DNA of 64,000 bases. It comes from Actinomycetales bacterium (lineage in GTDB: Bacteria > Actinomycetota > Actinomycetes > S36-B12). Under the pieces are notes generated by a model. The model worked only from the letters and a program-made list of their open reading frames with translations. It made no database searches and had not been told where the DNA came from. Both the position numbers and the translations under genes were made by a program. This document shows positions 32,468 through 48,347 of this stretch, piece after piece. Within the stretch, counting starts at the first letter, position 1; each line of letters starts with the position of its first letter. The DNA is taken from positions 58,402 to 122,401 of the forward strand of contig WGLX01000010.1 of NCBI GenBank assembly GCA_016125355.1. The letters are read 5' to 3'.

Positions 32468-33709
32468 TCAGTGGCCCATCAGGGCGCGGGTGGAGGCAAT
32501 CTGCTGCTCCAGGGCCTCGGCACCCTTGGCGTCGCCGCGGGCGAGGGCGGCGGCCCGCTTGTCCTCGAGCCGGGCCAGGGCCTCGGTGAAGGCGTCCGTC
32601 GCCACGGTCGTGTTGTTCGCCGACCACTCCTCGGCCTCGGCGGCCCGGATGGTCTCCTCGACCCGCTTCAGGCGCCGCTCAAGCCGGTCCCGGTCGCCGC
32701 GGGGCAGGTCCCCGGCCCGGTCCCAGCGCTCCTGGACGGCCCGCAGGGCGCTCTTGGCCTCCTTGAGGTCGGTGACCGGCAGCAGGGCCTCGGCCTCCAC
32801 CACCAGGGCCTCCTTGGCCGGCACGTTGGCGCGCAGCTCCTCGTCGGCCGCCTCGTCCGCTGCCGTGCGGGCCGCGTAGAACGCGTCCTGAGCCGCCTTG
32901 AAGCGCTTCCAGAGTCGGTCCTCGTCGGCGCGGCTGGCCCGGGGGGCGGCCTTCCAGTCGCCCATGAGGTCGCGCAGCTGCTTGCCGGTGCGGCCCCAGT
33001 CGGTGGACGTGGACAGTGCCTCGGCCTTCTCGATGAGCTCCCGTTTGCGGGCGACGGCCTCCTTGCGCTGGCCGTCGATCTCGCTGAAGTGCGCGCGGCG
33101 GCGCTTGTCGAACGCCGAACGCGCCCCGCTGATGCGCTGCCAGAGCTCCTGCTCGCCGGCCCTGTCGAAGCGCGGGATGGCCTTCCACTCCTCGACGATG
33201 GCGGCGTAGCGCGCCGTGGTGGCCTTCCACGAGGACGACTCCGTCAGCGACTCCGCCTCGTCGGCCAGCGCCCGGCGGGTCGTCATGGCCGCCTCGCGCT
33301 GCTCCGCCTTGCGTGCCTTGGCCGCCTCGCGCTCGACCTCGATGGCGCCGGCGAGTGCATCGCACCGGGCCTCCAGGGCCGCCACGTCACCGACGAACGA
33401 GCGCGCCGCCAGGGCCTCGCGCACTTTGTCGAGCACGCCCTGCGCCTGCTCCGCGGACGCGCGCCCGTCGGAGATGCGCGTGGTGATCAGGTCGATCTCG
33501 ACGACGAGGTCGTCGTACTTGCGTCCGAAGAAGGCCAGGCCCTCCGCGGGCGTGCCGGCCGCCCACTGGCCGACGACGACCTCGCCCTCAGGCGCGAGCA
33601 GGATGACCGTGCCGTCCTCCTCGACGCGGCCGAAGCGGGACGGGTCGCTCGCCGCCACGGGCGCCGTGGGGCGCAAAGCCGCGGGGGTCGGGACACCGGA
33701 GTCGCTCAC
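32468..33709 (-). CDS. DUF349 domain coiled-coil protein
   Basis: FGRVEEDGTV, VGQW, GLAFFGRKYDDL, repeated 'W..F..A...F' helices; conserved downstream of relA; start taken as GTG 33709. Confidence 0.88.
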   Translation of the reverse strand: MSDSGVPTPAALRPTAPVAASDPSRFGRVEEDGTVILLAPEGEVVVGQWAAGTPAEGLAFFGRKYDDLVVEIDLITTRISDGRASAEQAQGVLDKVREALAARSFVGDVAALEARCDALAGAIEVEREAAKARKAEQREAAMTTRRALADEAESLTESSSWKATTARYAAIVEEWKAIPRFDRAGEQELWQRISGARSAFDKRRRAHFSEIDGQRKEAVARKRELIEKAEALSTSTDWGRTGKQLRDLMGDWKAAPRASRADEDRLWKRFKAAQDAFYAARTAADEAADEELRANVPAKEALVVEAEALLPVTDLKEAKSALRAVQERWDRAGDLPRGDRDRLERRLKRVEETIRAAEAEEWSANNTTVATDAFTEALARLEDKRAAALARGDAKGAEALEQQIASTRALMGH

Positions 33710-33770
33710 GCGGTCACCTGGCCTTCTGTCGATTCGTGGCAAGCACTCTGCGGTACCACCATAACGATTG

Positions 33771-34634
33771 CTAGGAACTTGGCTGGACCGTTGCCGATTC
33801 GATAGACACCGGCTGACGAGGCGCACCATCGGGTGTGCCGTCGGCCGTGCCCACCGACGCGATCTCCTGGACGATGTCCAGGCCCGAGGTCACCGTGCCC
33901 CAGATCGAGTAGTCCGGCGGCAGCGTCGTGTCCTGGTAGACGATGAAGAACTGCGAGCCCGAGGTGCCGGGTCCGGCATTGGCCATGGCCACGGTGCCCG
34001 CCGGGTAGTTGTTGCTGCCGTCGGCGGGAAGGTTCTCGTCGGGCACCGTGTATCCGGGCCCTCCCGTGCCGTCACCAGCGGGGTCCCCGCACTGCAGCAC
34101 GAAGATGCCCGAGGTGGTCAGCCGATGGCAGGTGACACCGTCGTAGAAGCCCTGCTGGGCCAGGAAGACCTCGCTGGACACGGTCTGCGGGGCGGCCGGG
34201 TCGAGGGCAATGACGATGTCGCCGCAGTTCGTGGTCAACGTCAGGGTGCTGCCCGTGAGGTCCGTGGCGGGGGAGTCGAACGTCATGTCGTTCGGACGGG
34301 GCGTGCCGGGTGCGGTGCAGTCGAGGACGGCCGGCTCGGCGATCGGCTCGCCCGAGGCGCCGCTCGACGCCGCACCTGAGGGAGCCGTCGAGGCGGCGGG
34401 CGAACTCGACGCCTGGGCGCTGGGCGTTGCCGACGGCTGGGCGGCAGGCACGTCGGGCCCGCTCATGGCACTCGCCACGATCCAGCCGACGCCACCGAGG
34501 ACCAGGGCGACCACCACGATGACCGCGACGATCTTCTGGTTGCGCTTGCGTCGATCCCCGGCAGCGGACCGCCGGGCCTGCTGACGCTCGTACTTGGCAC
34601 GGGCCAGTTCCCGCTGCCGCTTCTTCCCCGCCAT
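33771..34634 (-). CDS. ppiB: Membrane-anchored cyclophilin-type peptidyl-prolyl isomerase
   Basis: KRQRELAR, TM helix, CHRLTT, LQCGDP, GTGGPGY, AMANAGP, GSQFF. Confidence 0.9.
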   Translation of the reverse strand: MAGKKRQRELARAKYERQQARRSAAGDRRKRNQKIVAVIVVVALVLGGVGWIVASAMSGPDVPAAQPSATPSAQASSSPAASTAPSGAASSGASGEPIAEPAVLDCTAPGTPRPNDMTFDSPATDLTGSTLTLTTNCGDIVIALDPAAPQTVSSEVFLAQQGFYDGVTCHRLTTSGIFVLQCGDPAGDGTGGPGYTVPDENLPADGSNNYPAGTVAMANAGPGTSGSQFFIVYQDTTLPPDYSIWGTVTSGLDIVQEIASVGTADGTPDGAPRQPVSIESATVQPSS

Positions 34635-34757
34635 GCACGTCCCTTCGCCGCGTTCCGCGTCATGCGGATCGCGGGGGGAGTCTAGACGGGGGAGTGCGGC
34701 CGCTCGGCCGTGCCGTGCTCCTCGGTAGGCTTTGCGCGAGTTTCCGAAGGGTGAGGC

Positions 34758-35462
34758 GTGCTGATCGCAGGGTTTCCCGCGGGCTCGTGGGCGACCAATT
34801 GCTATGTCGTGGCCACGGGCCCCGGTGAGCCGTGCCTGATCATCGATCCGGGCCAGGACTCCATCGACGGGGTGCACGAGATCATCCGTGAGCACCGGCT
34901 CGCGCCGGCCGCCGTCCTCCTCACCCACGGACACATCGACCACGTGTGGTCGGTGGCGCCCCTCTCGAGTGAGTTCGACGTTCCCGCGCTGATCCATGCC
35001 GACGACCGCTACCGCCTCGTCGACCCGGCAGGATCGAGCATCGCTGCCGCAAGAGACCAGCTCCTCGCGATGACCAAGAACGCCCTCGAGCTGACCGAGC
35101 CGTCCGATGTCCGACTGTTCGCCGACCAGGAGACGGTCGACCTGGCCGGCATCACCCTCACCGTCCGCCACGCGCCCGGACACACCGAGGGCTCAGTCGT
35201 GTTCGAGCTGACGGAGGTCATGTTCAGTGGCGACGTCCTCTTCGCCGGCTCCATCGGGCGCACGGACCTGCCCGGTGGGGATCATGCGCGGATGATCGAC
35301 TCCCTGCGCCGCGTCATCGTCCCCGCCCGCGACGATCTCGTCGTCCTGCCGGGTCATGGTCCACAGACGACGATCGGCGACGAGAAGCGCGCCAATCCCT
35401 ACCTCGCGCCCCTGGTCGCGGCGGCCGGCGGGGACGTACCGCGCAACCCGAAGGGGCTGTGA
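34758..35462 (+). CDS. MBL-fold metallo-hydrolase (glyoxalase II-like)
   Basis: THGHIDH, PGHTEGS, SGDVLFAGSIGRTD, PGHG. Confidence 0.92.
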   Translation: MLIAGFPAGSWATNCYVVATGPGEPCLIIDPGQDSIDGVHEIIREHRLAPAAVLLTHGHIDHVWSVAPLSSEFDVPALIHADDRYRLVDPAGSSIAAARDQLLAMTKNALELTEPSDVRLFADQETVDLAGITLTVRHAPGHTEGSVVFELTEVMFSGDVLFAGSIGRTDLPGGDHARMIDSLRRVIVPARDDLVVLPGHGPQTTIGDEKRANPYLAPLVAAAGGDVPRNPKGL

Positions 35463-35463
35463 C

Positions 35464-36803
35464 GTGGCCAAGGCATCCCGGCTCTCCGGTTTCCCCGAGT
35501 GGCTGCCCGAGGGCCAGCTGGTCCAGCAGCTCGTGGAGGACACGGCGCGACGGGTCTTCGAGCTGCACGGCTTCGCGGCGCTCGAGACCCGCGCCGTCGA
35601 GCCCCTCGAGGCCATGCTCCGCAAGGGCGAGATCGACAAGGAGGTCTACGTCCTGCGTCGGCTGCACGCGGCCGAGGACGAGCCGGACCCGGGCCTGGGC
35701 CTTCACTTCGACCTGACGGTCCCGTTCTCGCGATACGTCCTCGAGAACGCCGGCCACCTCGACTTCCCGTTCCGGCGCTACCAGGTCCAGAAGGTGTGGC
35801 GAGGCGAACGGCCCCAGGAGGGCCGGTTCCGCGAGTTCACGCAGGCGGACATCGACGTGATCGGTCGCGACACCCTGTCCTTCCACCACGAGGTCGAGAT
35901 GGCCGTGGTCATGGCCACGCTCCTGGGCGAGCTGCCCATTCCGCCGTCTGTGATCCAGGTCAACAACCGAAAGCTCGCCGAGGGCTTCTTCCGCGGGGTC
36001 GGCGCCGACCAGCCGGACCTCGTCCTGCGCGCGATCGACAAGCTCGACAAGATCGGCCCCGCCCGTGTGCGGGGACTCCTCGTCGATGAGGTCGGCCTGT
36101 CGGAGCGCGCGGCCGACCAGTGCCTGGCCCTCGCCGAGATCCGCACGCCGGACGCCTCGTTCGTCGACCGCGTCCGTGCGCTCGGGGTGCGCAACGACCT
36201 GCTCGACGAGGGCCTCGAGGAGCTGGCCGCGGTCGTGGACGGAGCCAACGCGCGGCGGTTCGGCTCGGTGGTGGCGGACCTGAGGATCGCGCGCGGCCTC
36301 GACTACTACACCGGCACCGTGTACGAGACGCAGCTCGTCGGGTTCGAGTCGGTGGGGTCGATCGCCTCCGGTGGCCGCTATGACTCGCTGGCGACCGACG
36401 GCCGGCAGACGTTCCCGGGGGTCGGCCTCTCGCTCGGCGTGACGAGGCTCGTCTCCGTACTGCTCGGCCGGGATCTCGTGACCGTGAGCCGCAAGGTGCC
36501 CTCCGTCGTGCTGGTCGCCGTCGTGGACGACGCGAGCCGCGATGACAGCGAGGCCGTGGCCGGGGCGCTCCGGGCGCGGGGGATCGCGTGCGAGGTCGCC
36601 CCGAAGGCGGACAAGTTCGGCAAGCAGATCAAGCATGCCGACCGCCGAGGCATCCCGTACGTCTGGTTCCCCGATCCGTCGGGGGACACCGTCAAGGACA
36701 TCCGCAGCGGCGACCAGGTCCCGGCATCCGCCGACTCGTGGTCTCCGCACGTCACCGAGCTCCGCCCCACCGTCTCCGCCACCCCCAGCCAGGAGGAACG
36801 TCC

Positions 36804-36807
<4 letters not shown>
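35464..36807 (+). CDS. hisS: Histidine--tRNA ligase
   Basis: [47 protein letters not shown]. Confidence 0.96.
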
Positions 36808-38563
<1,756 letters not shown>

Positions 38564-38567
<4 letters not shown>

Positions 38568-39301
38568 CCAACACGCGGCATCCCCTGGAGGTCCGGCCCG
38601 ACGATCCGCTCGTGCGGTGGATGGGGTCCCGTCGGCCACCGCGAGACCTGGCCGCACAGGGCGCCAACGTGGCCTGGCTCGGACGAGCCTCGCGCGACGA
38701 GGAGAGCTGGGTGACGGGCCTCGGCGACGACCCGGCGACCGTGGTCAGGCTGGTGATGGAACTCGCCGAGCGACACGGCGTCGACGGCGTCACCGTGATG
38801 GAGCCGGCATTCGACCTGCTGCCGGTGCACCTGCGCAGCAGCGAGGTCGGTCGCTGGTGCCTGTGGACGCTCGACCCGGCGGATGTCCCCGAGGGCAGGA
38901 CCACGGCGGTCGACCTCGCCCTCGATGATCCGCGTATCGCTCCGCTGCTGGAGCACTCGGACTCGGCGCACATCTTCCCCGGGCACCCGCGCCTGGTGCG
39001 CTGGACGGGCGTCGTGGACGGTGAACGGCTGCTGGCATGCGCTGGGGAGATCAGCGAGCCCTCCGGCGCCGCGCACATCGTGAGCGTCTGCACCGAGCCC
39101 CAGTCACGCGGCCAGGGTCTGGCGCGCGCGGCCTGCCGCCGCATCATCGATCATGCCCTCGCCGACGGGGCGCCCATGATCGTGCTGGAGATGTACACGG
39201 CCAATGAGGCGGGGCGGCGCACGTACTCCGCGCTGGGATTCGTGGAGCGCGGACGCTACGTCTCGGGCTTGCTGCCGCATGCGCTCCCGGTACCGTCGTG
39301 A
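38564..39301 (+). CDS. GNAT family acetyltransferase
   Basis: [29 protein letters not shown]; GTGA overlap with aspS. Confidence 0.8.
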
Positions 39302-39903
39302 CGGTTCAGGTTCGGGCGGTCATCGTCGACATCGGCGGCGTCCTGACGTCTGAGGGCGCCTGGACGTGGGGACAGCCATGGGGCGTCAGCGAAGCGGATC
39401 TCATGGACCTGCTGACCCGGCTGGATCCCGAGGACGGGCTCACCCGTGGTGTGCGCGGTGAGGAGTGGCTTCGGGCCGCCCTCGGCGACGCGCTCGGCCT
39501 GGACGAGCCGGCTCGCGATGCCCTCATGGCGGACCTGTGGGACTGGTACTGCGGCACCCCGGACGAGGCCCTGCTGTCCTGGGTGCGGGGACTGCGTGGG
39601 CGGGTCGCTGTCATCGCGCTGAGCAACTCGGCGGACGGAGCACGCCGGGAGGAGCAGCGGCGCTACGGGTTCGCCGAGATCTTCGACGACATCGTGTACT
39701 CCCATGAGGTGGCCCTGGCGAAGCCCGATCCGCGGATCTACCTGCTGGCCTGCGAGCGCCTCCAGGTTGAGCCGACGCAGGCGGCCTTCATCGACGACCG
39801 CCTCGAGAACGTCGAGGCGGCCCGCGCGCTGGGGATGTTCGCCGTCCACCATATGGCAGCGGCCCGCACCATCGCCGAGATCGAGCCGCTGCTCGGGTCG
39901 TAG
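39298..39903 (+). CDS. HAD family phosphatase
   Basis: DIGGVL, LSNS, AKPDPRIY, FIDDRLENV. Confidence 0.9.
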   Translation: MTVQVRAVIVDIGGVLTSEGAWTWGQPWGVSEADLMDLLTRLDPEDGLTRGVRGEEWLRAALGDALGLDEPARDALMADLWDWYCGTPDEALLSWVRGLRGRVAVIALSNSADGARREEQRRYGFAEIFDDIVYSHEVALAKPDPRIYLLACERLQVEPTQAAFIDDRLENVEAARALGMFAVHHMAAARTIAEIEPLLGS

Positions 39904-39912
39904 GGTTCGGCC

Positions 39913-41262
39913 ATGACCCTGTTCGATGACGGCGTCGGGGCCGGTCGGGCGGGTGCGCCGCTGGCGGTGCGAATGCGCCCGGCGACGATCGACGAGGTCG
40001 TGGGCCAGGAGGCGGCCCTGGCCGCCGGATCACCCCTGCGCACGCTGCTCACGGCACCCGCAGACGCGCCCGTCGTCTCGGTCATCCTCTGGGGGCCGCC
40101 GGGGACCGGGAAGACCACCCTCGCCTCACTCCTGTCCGCGGGCAGCGGACGCCAGTTCGTGGAGCTCTCCGCGGTCACGGCGGGGGTCAAGGATGTCCGC
40201 CTGGTCATCGACCAGGCCCGCGATCGCCTGGCGATGCACGGTCGCGGCACGGTGCTGTTCATCGACGAGGTCCACCGGTTCTCCAAGACCCAGCAGGACG
40301 CGTTGCTCCCTGCCGTGGAGAACGGCTGGGTGACCCTCATCGCGGCCACGACCGAGAACCCGAGCTTCTCGGTGATCGCGCCGTTGATGTCGCGCAGCGT
40401 CCTGGTGCGGCTGTCACCGCTGACCGACGAGCACGTGGAGGCGCTGCTCCGCCGAGCGCTGGTGGACCCGCGCGGACTCGACGGTCGCGTCGAGATCGAT
40501 GAGGACGCCCTGGGTCACCTCATCCGGACGGCCGGCGGCGATGCTCGGCGTGCCCTCACCGGCCTCGATGCCGCCGCGTCCGCTCACGCTGAGGGGGTAC
40601 AGGGGGGCCGTATCACCATCGCGGACGCGGAGCGGGCGGTCCAGCAAGCGGCCATCCTCTACGACAAGGACGGCGACCAGCACTACGACGTCATCAGCGC
40701 CTTCATCAAGAGCGTCCGGGGCAGCGACCCGGACGCCGCGCTGCACTATCTCGCTCGGATGCTGCAGGCAGGGGAGGATCCCCGCTTCATCGCCCGCCGG
40801 CTCATGATCCTGGCGAGCGAGGACGTCGGCATGGCGGAGCTGAACGTCCTGCAGACTGCGGTCGCCGCCGCACAGGCGGTCGCCCTGGTGGGAATGCCCG
40901 AGGCCAGCATCATCCTCGCGCACGCAACGATCCATGCGGCCCTCGCCCCGAAGTCGAATGCCGTGGTGGTCGGAATCGGCGAGGCGATGGCCGACGTGCG
41001 GGCCGGCGGCATCGGACGGGTCCCCTCGCACCTGCGGGACGCGCACTATCCCGGGGCGGCCCGGCTGGGGCACGGCGACGGGTATGTGTACCCGCATGAC
41101 GAGCCCGGCGGGGTGGCCCGGCAGCAGTACCTCCCCGACGAGCTCGTCGATCGCCGGTACTACCGCCCCACCCGGCATGGGGCGGAGGGGGCCTGGGGCG
41201 ACGTCGCCGCCAAGGTGGCGGGCCTGCGCCGCACGGACGGCGACGTACCGGCCGACCGTTAG
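39913..41262 (+). CDS. rarA: Replication-associated recombination protein A
   Basis: [46 protein letters not shown]. Confidence 0.95.
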   Translation: MTLFDDGVGAGRAGAPLAVRMRPATIDEVVGQEAALAAGSPLRTLLTAPADAPVVSVILWGPPGTGKTTLASLLSAGSGRQFVELSAVTAGVKDVRLVIDQARDRLAMHGRGTVLFIDEVHRFSKTQQDALLPAVENGWVTLIAATTENPSFSVIAPLMSRSVLVRLSPLTDEHVEALLRRALVDPRGLDGRVEIDEDALGHLIRTAGGDARRALTGLDAAASAHAEGVQGGRITIADAERAVQQAAILYDKDGDQHYDVISAFIKSVRGSDPDAALHYLARMLQAGEDPRFIARRLMILASEDVGMAELNVLQTAVAAAQAVALVGMPEASIILAHATIHAALAPKSNAVVVGIGEAMADVRAGGIGRVPSHLRDAHYPGAARLGHGDGYVYPHDEPGGVARQQYLPDELVDRRYYRPTRHGAEGAWGDVAAKVAGLRRTDGDVPADR

Positions 41263-41271
41263 GGTTTCCCC

Positions 41272-41550
41272 ATGCGGAGGATGGTGTGGGTCGCCCTCGG
41301 AGCGGCCGGCGGCGTGATCGTGTACCGGCGCGCCCAGACGATGATCGCGGACGCGCGTGAGCGGGGAGTGGTCGTCAGCGCCCAGCAGGCGGGGGTGTCC
41401 GCCATGAGCGCCCTTGCGGCCGCCCGGAACCTGGCCTCCGCGGCCGCGGAGCGCGCCCAGGCCGATCACGCCACCCCTGCGCCTGGTCCGTCCGGCCCCG
41501 GGTCGGCTGCCGCCCGCGTCCTCCGCACGTCCCGAGAAGGAGAGAAGTAG
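41272..41550 (+). CDS. Small membrane protein upstream of alaS (DUF6167-like)
   Basis: MRRMVWVALGAAGGVIVYRRA N-terminus typical of the small gene preceding alaS in Actinobacteria. Confidence 0.65.
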   Translation: MRRMVWVALGAAGGVIVYRRAQTMIADARERGVVVSAQQAGVSAMSALAAARNLASAAAERAQADHATPAPGPSGPGSAAARVLRTSREGEK

Positions 41551-41552
41551 TC

Positions 41553-44228
<2,676 letters not shown>

Positions 44229-44230
44229 GG

Positions 44231-44692
44231 GTGCGTCCCGGGGTGCGGATCGCCCTCGACGTCGGCACGGTGCGGATCGGCGTGGCGCGCAGTGACGCCC
44301 TGGGCATGCTGGCCGTGCCCTTGGATGCGGTGGCGGCGGGGGACACGTCGATTGACGCGGTCCTCGCGGTCGCCGATGAGTGGCAGGCCATCGAGGCCTA
44401 TGTGGGCCTGCCCCTGCACATGAGCGGCGGTGAGGGGGCATCTGCCGAGATGGCCCGGTCATGGGCTGGGCGCTTGGCGGAACGTTCCGACATGCCGGTC
44501 CGTCTGATCGACGAACGGCTGTCCACCGTGCAGGCGCAGCGCGCCCTTCGGGAGGGCGGCCGGTCGACACGCCAGTCGAGATCCGTCATCGACAGCGCCT
44601 CGGCTGTCATGGTGCTGCAGTCGGTACTGGACGCGGAGTCGGCCACCGGTCGGGCTCCCGGGGAGCTCGTGGAGCGCAGGGAGACGACATGA
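44231..44692 (+). CDS. ruvX: Holliday junction resolvase-like protein RuvX/YqgF
   Basis: ALDVGTVRIGVA, VGLP, IDERLST, IDSASA. Confidence 0.93.
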   Translation: MRPGVRIALDVGTVRIGVARSDALGMLAVPLDAVAAGDTSIDAVLAVADEWQAIEAYVGLPLHMSGGEGASAEMARSWAGRLAERSDMPVRLIDERLSTVQAQRALREGGRSTRQSRSVIDSASAVMVLQSVLDAESATGRAPGELVERRETT

Positions 44693-45825
44693 GCCAGCTC
44701 GGCCCGATGATGACCTCGGGTCCGCTGCCCCCCTCACGCCATCGAGCGACCTGGGGCAAGCGGATCGCCGCGCTCATCGCCGTCGGCATCGCGCTGGCGA
44801 TGGTGGGGGCGTCCATCCTACTCATCCGCGGACCCGAGCAGGCCGGCGATGTTGCGGGCGTCGGGACAGGGGACGCCGTCGTCGTCGTGTCCACGGGCGA
44901 CACCCTCACGGAGATCGGCCAGAAGCTCGCCGCCGCCGGTGTCGTCGCATCGGTCGACGACTGGATCAACACCGCGTCCGTGGACGAGCGTGCCGCGAAG
45001 ATCGGGCCGGGCAAGTACGCGCTCCGCAAGCAGATGAGCGCCACGGAGGCCCTCAACCTCATGCTGGATCCCGCCTCGCGCGCAGACAGCAGGCTGGTGC
45101 TCCCCGAGGGCCTGCGCCTGGAGCAGACCGTGGCGACCGCGGCGGAGGCCACCTCCCTGCCGAAGTCGGACTTCCAGAAGGTGCTGCGCAACCCGACGGA
45201 CATCGGCCTGCCCGCCTGGGCGAAGGACCGGCCAGAGGGCTTCCTGTTCCCGGCCACCTACGACCTGACGGGCGAGGAGACCGCGAAGGGGCTCATCAAG
45301 AGCCTCGTCGCGCGGTTCAACCAGGCGAGCCAGGACGTCGGGCTGGAGGAGCGGGCCAAGGAGGCAGGGATCACGCCCTATGAGGCACTGATCGTGGCCT
45401 CGCTCGTGGAGGCGGAGGTCGCCCCCGGCGACTTCGCCAAGGCCGCCCGGGTCATCTACAACCGCCTCGACAAGGGCATGCCGCTCCAGTTGGACTCGAC
45501 AGTGGCCTTCGCCCTCGGCATCAAGGACCTCCAGCTGAACCAGCAGCAGCTGGCCACGGACTCCCCGTACAACACGTACGTGCGCAAGGGCCTGCCGCCG
45601 CGTCCCATCAACTCACCGGGTCAGGCCGCGATCGAGGCGGCCCTGAGCCCGGCCAAGGGCAAGTGGCTGTACTTCGTGGCGGTCGATCCCCAGTCGAAGG
45701 AGACGAAGTTCGCCCGGACCTACGACCAGTTCCTCGCCCTCAAGCGGGAATTCCAGGCGAACCTGGCTCAGTACGAGAAGGAGCAGGCCCAGAGCAGCAG
45801 TAGTAGCAGCGGCAATGGCGGGTAG
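44689..45825 (+). CDS. mltG: Endolytic transglycosylase MltG
   Basis: TM helix; PEG, EGFLFPATY, ASLVEAE, SPYNTY, GLPPRPINSPG, LYFV. Confidence 0.93.
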   Translation: MSQLGPMMTSGPLPPSRHRATWGKRIAALIAVGIALAMVGASILLIRGPEQAGDVAGVGTGDAVVVVSTGDTLTEIGQKLAAAGVVASVDDWINTASVDERAAKIGPGKYALRKQMSATEALNLMLDPASRADSRLVLPEGLRLEQTVATAAEATSLPKSDFQKVLRNPTDIGLPAWAKDRPEGFLFPATYDLTGEETAKGLIKSLVARFNQASQDVGLEERAKEAGITPYEALIVASLVEAEVAPGDFAKAARVIYNRLDKGMPLQLDSTVAFALGIKDLQLNQQQLATDSPYNTYVRKGLPPRPINSPGQAAIEAALSPAKGKWLYFVAVDPQSKETKFARTYDQFLALKREFQANLAQYEKEQAQSSSSSSGNGG

Positions 45826-46615
45826 GAATCGGGCGGCGGTGCTGGGATCGCCGATCGCCCACTCGCTGTCGCCCGCCCTGCATCGCGCCGCGTACCGCGC
45901 TCTGGGGCTGGCCTGGACCTACGACGCGATCGACGTCGACGAGGCGGCCCTGCCGGCGTTCCTCGACGGGCTGGACGACACCTGGGCGGGGCTGTCCCTG
46001 ACGATGCCCCTGAAGGAGGCGGTGATCCCGCTGCTGGCCGAGGTCGATCCAGAGGCCAGGTCCCTGCGCTCGGTCAACACCGTGCTGCCCCTCGACCGCG
46101 GCTGGCGCGGGACCAACACCGACGTGTACGGGATGACCCAGGCGCTCACGGAGGCCGGTCTCGACGCGACGCCGCGGCACGCCGTGGTCCTCGGAGCCGG
46201 GGCCACGGCCCGGAGTGCGCTCGCCGCACTGCTCCGCCTTGGGGCTGGCGAGGTCGTGGTGGCCGCTCGACGGCCCGAGGCGGCCGATGCCCTGTGCGAC
46301 CTCGGCCGTTCACTGGGGCTGAGGATGCACACGACCGACCTCGATCCCGATCCGCAGCTGGTGCGGGTGGATGTCGTCGTCAGCACCCTTCCGGGGGCCG
46401 CGGCCGAGCCGTGGGCGGGGATGGTCGGCGATGCCCCAGGCGTGCTGCTCGACGCGTCGTACCACCCGTGGCCGACCCCCCTGGCGGCCAACTGGGGGAG
46501 CGGGCGCATCGCGAGCGGGCGGGACATGCTCCTTTGGCAGGCGGTCGAGCAGGTGCGGCTGATGACCGGGCTGGAGCCGGACGTCGCGGCCATGGCCGCC
46601 GCCCTTCCCGACTGA
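45815..46615 (+). CDS. aroE: Shikimate dehydrogenase
   Basis: [35 protein letters not shown]. Confidence 0.93.
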   Translation: MAGRNRAAVLGSPIAHSLSPALHRAAYRALGLAWTYDAIDVDEAALPAFLDGLDDTWAGLSLTMPLKEAVIPLLAEVDPEARSLRSVNTVLPLDRGWRGTNTDVYGMTQALTEAGLDATPRHAVVLGAGATARSALAALLRLGAGEVVVAARRPEAADALCDLGRSLGLRMHTTDLDPDPQLVRVDVVVSTLPGAAAEPWAGMVGDAPGVLLDASYHPWPTPLAANWGSGRIASGRDMLLWQAVEQVRLMTGLEPDVAAMAAALPD

Positions 46616-46659
46616 TCCCTCTGCCGAGCCAGAGCGGCCGCTCTGGAAGGATTCGCGGC

Positions 46660-47841
46660 ATGGTGCGCTGGCTTACCGCAGGAGAATCCCACGGCCCCGC
46701 ACTCGTCACCATCGCCGAAGGCCTGCCCGCCGGCATCGGCGTGACGAGCGCGGAGATCGCCGACGATCTGGCCCGCCGACGCCTGGGGGCGGGGCGCGGT
46801 GCCCGGATGAAGTTCGAGCGCGACGAGGTCCGCATCCTGGGCGGTGTCCGGCACGGTCGGACCCTCGGGGGTCCGGTCGCCATCGAGGTGGGCAATGCCG
46901 AGTGGCCCAAGTGGGTGGATGTCATGTCGGCCGACCCGGTCGACGAGGCCGTGCTGGAGGGCCAGGCGCGCAACGCCCCGCTGACGCGACCACGACCCGG
47001 TCATGCCGACCTCGTGGGGATGCAGAAGTACGGCTTCCGGGATGCCCGCCCGATCCTCGAGCGCGCCAGCGCCCGTGAGACCGCCGCCCGAGTCGCGATC
47101 GCCAGTGTTGCCCGGTCCTTCCTCCGGCAGGCTGCTGGCATCGAGGTGCTCAGCCACGTCGTACGGATCGGTGCGGCTGCCGTGCCCGAGGGCACGCCGG
47201 CACCCGTGCCCGGGGACCTGCCTGCCATCGACGAGAGCCCGGTCCGCTGCCTCGACCCCGATGCGGCGGCAGCCATGGAGGAGGAAATCTCGAGCGCGCA
47301 CCGCGACGGGGACACTCTCGGTGGCGTCGTCGAGGTGCTCGCCTACGGGCTGCCGCCGGGCCTGGGCAGCCATGTCCACTGGGACCGTCGGCTGGACGCG
47401 CGGCTGGCCGCGGCCCTCATGGGCATCCAGGCCATCAAGGGCGTGGAGGTGGGCGACGGCTTCGCTCTCGCCGCCATCCGTGGCTCGCAGGCTCAGGACG
47501 AGATCGTCGGTTCCGACGACGGCGTCGTGCGCACCTCCGGGCACTCCGGGGGCACGGAGGGCGGTATGTCCACGGGGGAGGCTCTGCGGGTCCGGGCCGC
47601 CATGAAGCCGATCTCGACCATCCCACGCGCCCTGCGGACCGTCGATGTGACGACCGGCGAGGCGGCACCAGCGATCAACCAGCGCTCCGACGTCTGCGCC
47701 GTGCCCGCCGCGGGCGTGGTCGCGGAGGCCATGGTGTGCATGGTGCTCGCCGACGCGGTCCTGGAGAAGTTCGGCGGGGACAGCGTCGACGAGGTGTCGC
47801 GCAACCTGCGCGCCTACCTCGACAACCTCAGCGTCCGCTGA
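46660..47841 (+). CDS. aroC: Chorismate synthase
   Basis: [36 protein letters not shown]. Confidence 0.97.
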   Translation: MVRWLTAGESHGPALVTIAEGLPAGIGVTSAEIADDLARRRLGAGRGARMKFERDEVRILGGVRHGRTLGGPVAIEVGNAEWPKWVDVMSADPVDEAVLEGQARNAPLTRPRPGHADLVGMQKYGFRDARPILERASARETAARVAIASVARSFLRQAAGIEVLSHVVRIGAAAVPEGTPAPVPGDLPAIDESPVRCLDPDAAAAMEEEISSAHRDGDTLGGVVEVLAYGLPPGLGSHVHWDRRLDARLAAALMGIQAIKGVEVGDGFALAAIRGSQAQDEIVGSDDGVVRTSGHSGGTEGGMSTGEALRVRAAMKPISTIPRALRTVDVTTGEAAPAINQRSDVCAVPAAGVVAEAMVCMVLADAVLEKFGGDSVDEVSRNLRAYLDNLSVR

Positions 47842-48347
47842 TGGCCCCGGTCCTCGTCCTGATCGGCTCGCCGGGTGCCGGCAAGTCCTCGGTCGGCCGA
47901 CGTGTCGCCCAGCGGCTGAAGGTTCCATTCGCGGACTCGGATGCCCTGATCGAGCAGGCCGCCGGGATGTCCGTCTCGGACATCTTCGTGACCGAGGGCG
48001 AAGACGCCTTCCGTGAGCTGGAGGAGGCCACCATCGCCGACGCCCTGGAGGCGGCGGAGGGCGTGCTGTCGCTCGGTGGTGGCGCGGTCATGCGTGACGC
48101 GACCCGTGACCGGCTGCGCGGGCTGCGGGTCGTGTGGCTGAAGGTGTCCCTGTCCGACGCCGCCTCGCGCGTGGGCATGAACCAGGCAAGGCCGTTGCTG
48201 CTCGGCAATGTACGCGGCACCCTGTCCGCACTCATGGAGAAGCGGAACCCCGTGTACGAGGAGGTCGCCACCGCGATGGTCGACACGAGCGGACGGCCAC
48301 TGCGAGCAGTCGTCGACGACGTCGTGAAGGTGGTGCGCCATGGCTGA
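47841..48347 (+). CDS. aroK: Shikimate kinase
   Basis: GSPGAGKS, FRELE, LGGG, RPLL. Confidence 0.95.
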   Translation: MAPVLVLIGSPGAGKSSVGRRVAQRLKVPFADSDALIEQAAGMSVSDIFVTEGEDAFRELEEATIADALEAAEGVLSLGGGAVMRDATRDRLRGLRVVWLKVSLSDAASRVGMNQARPLLLGNVRGTLSALMEKRNPVYEEVATAMVDTSGRPLRAVVDDVVKVVRHG

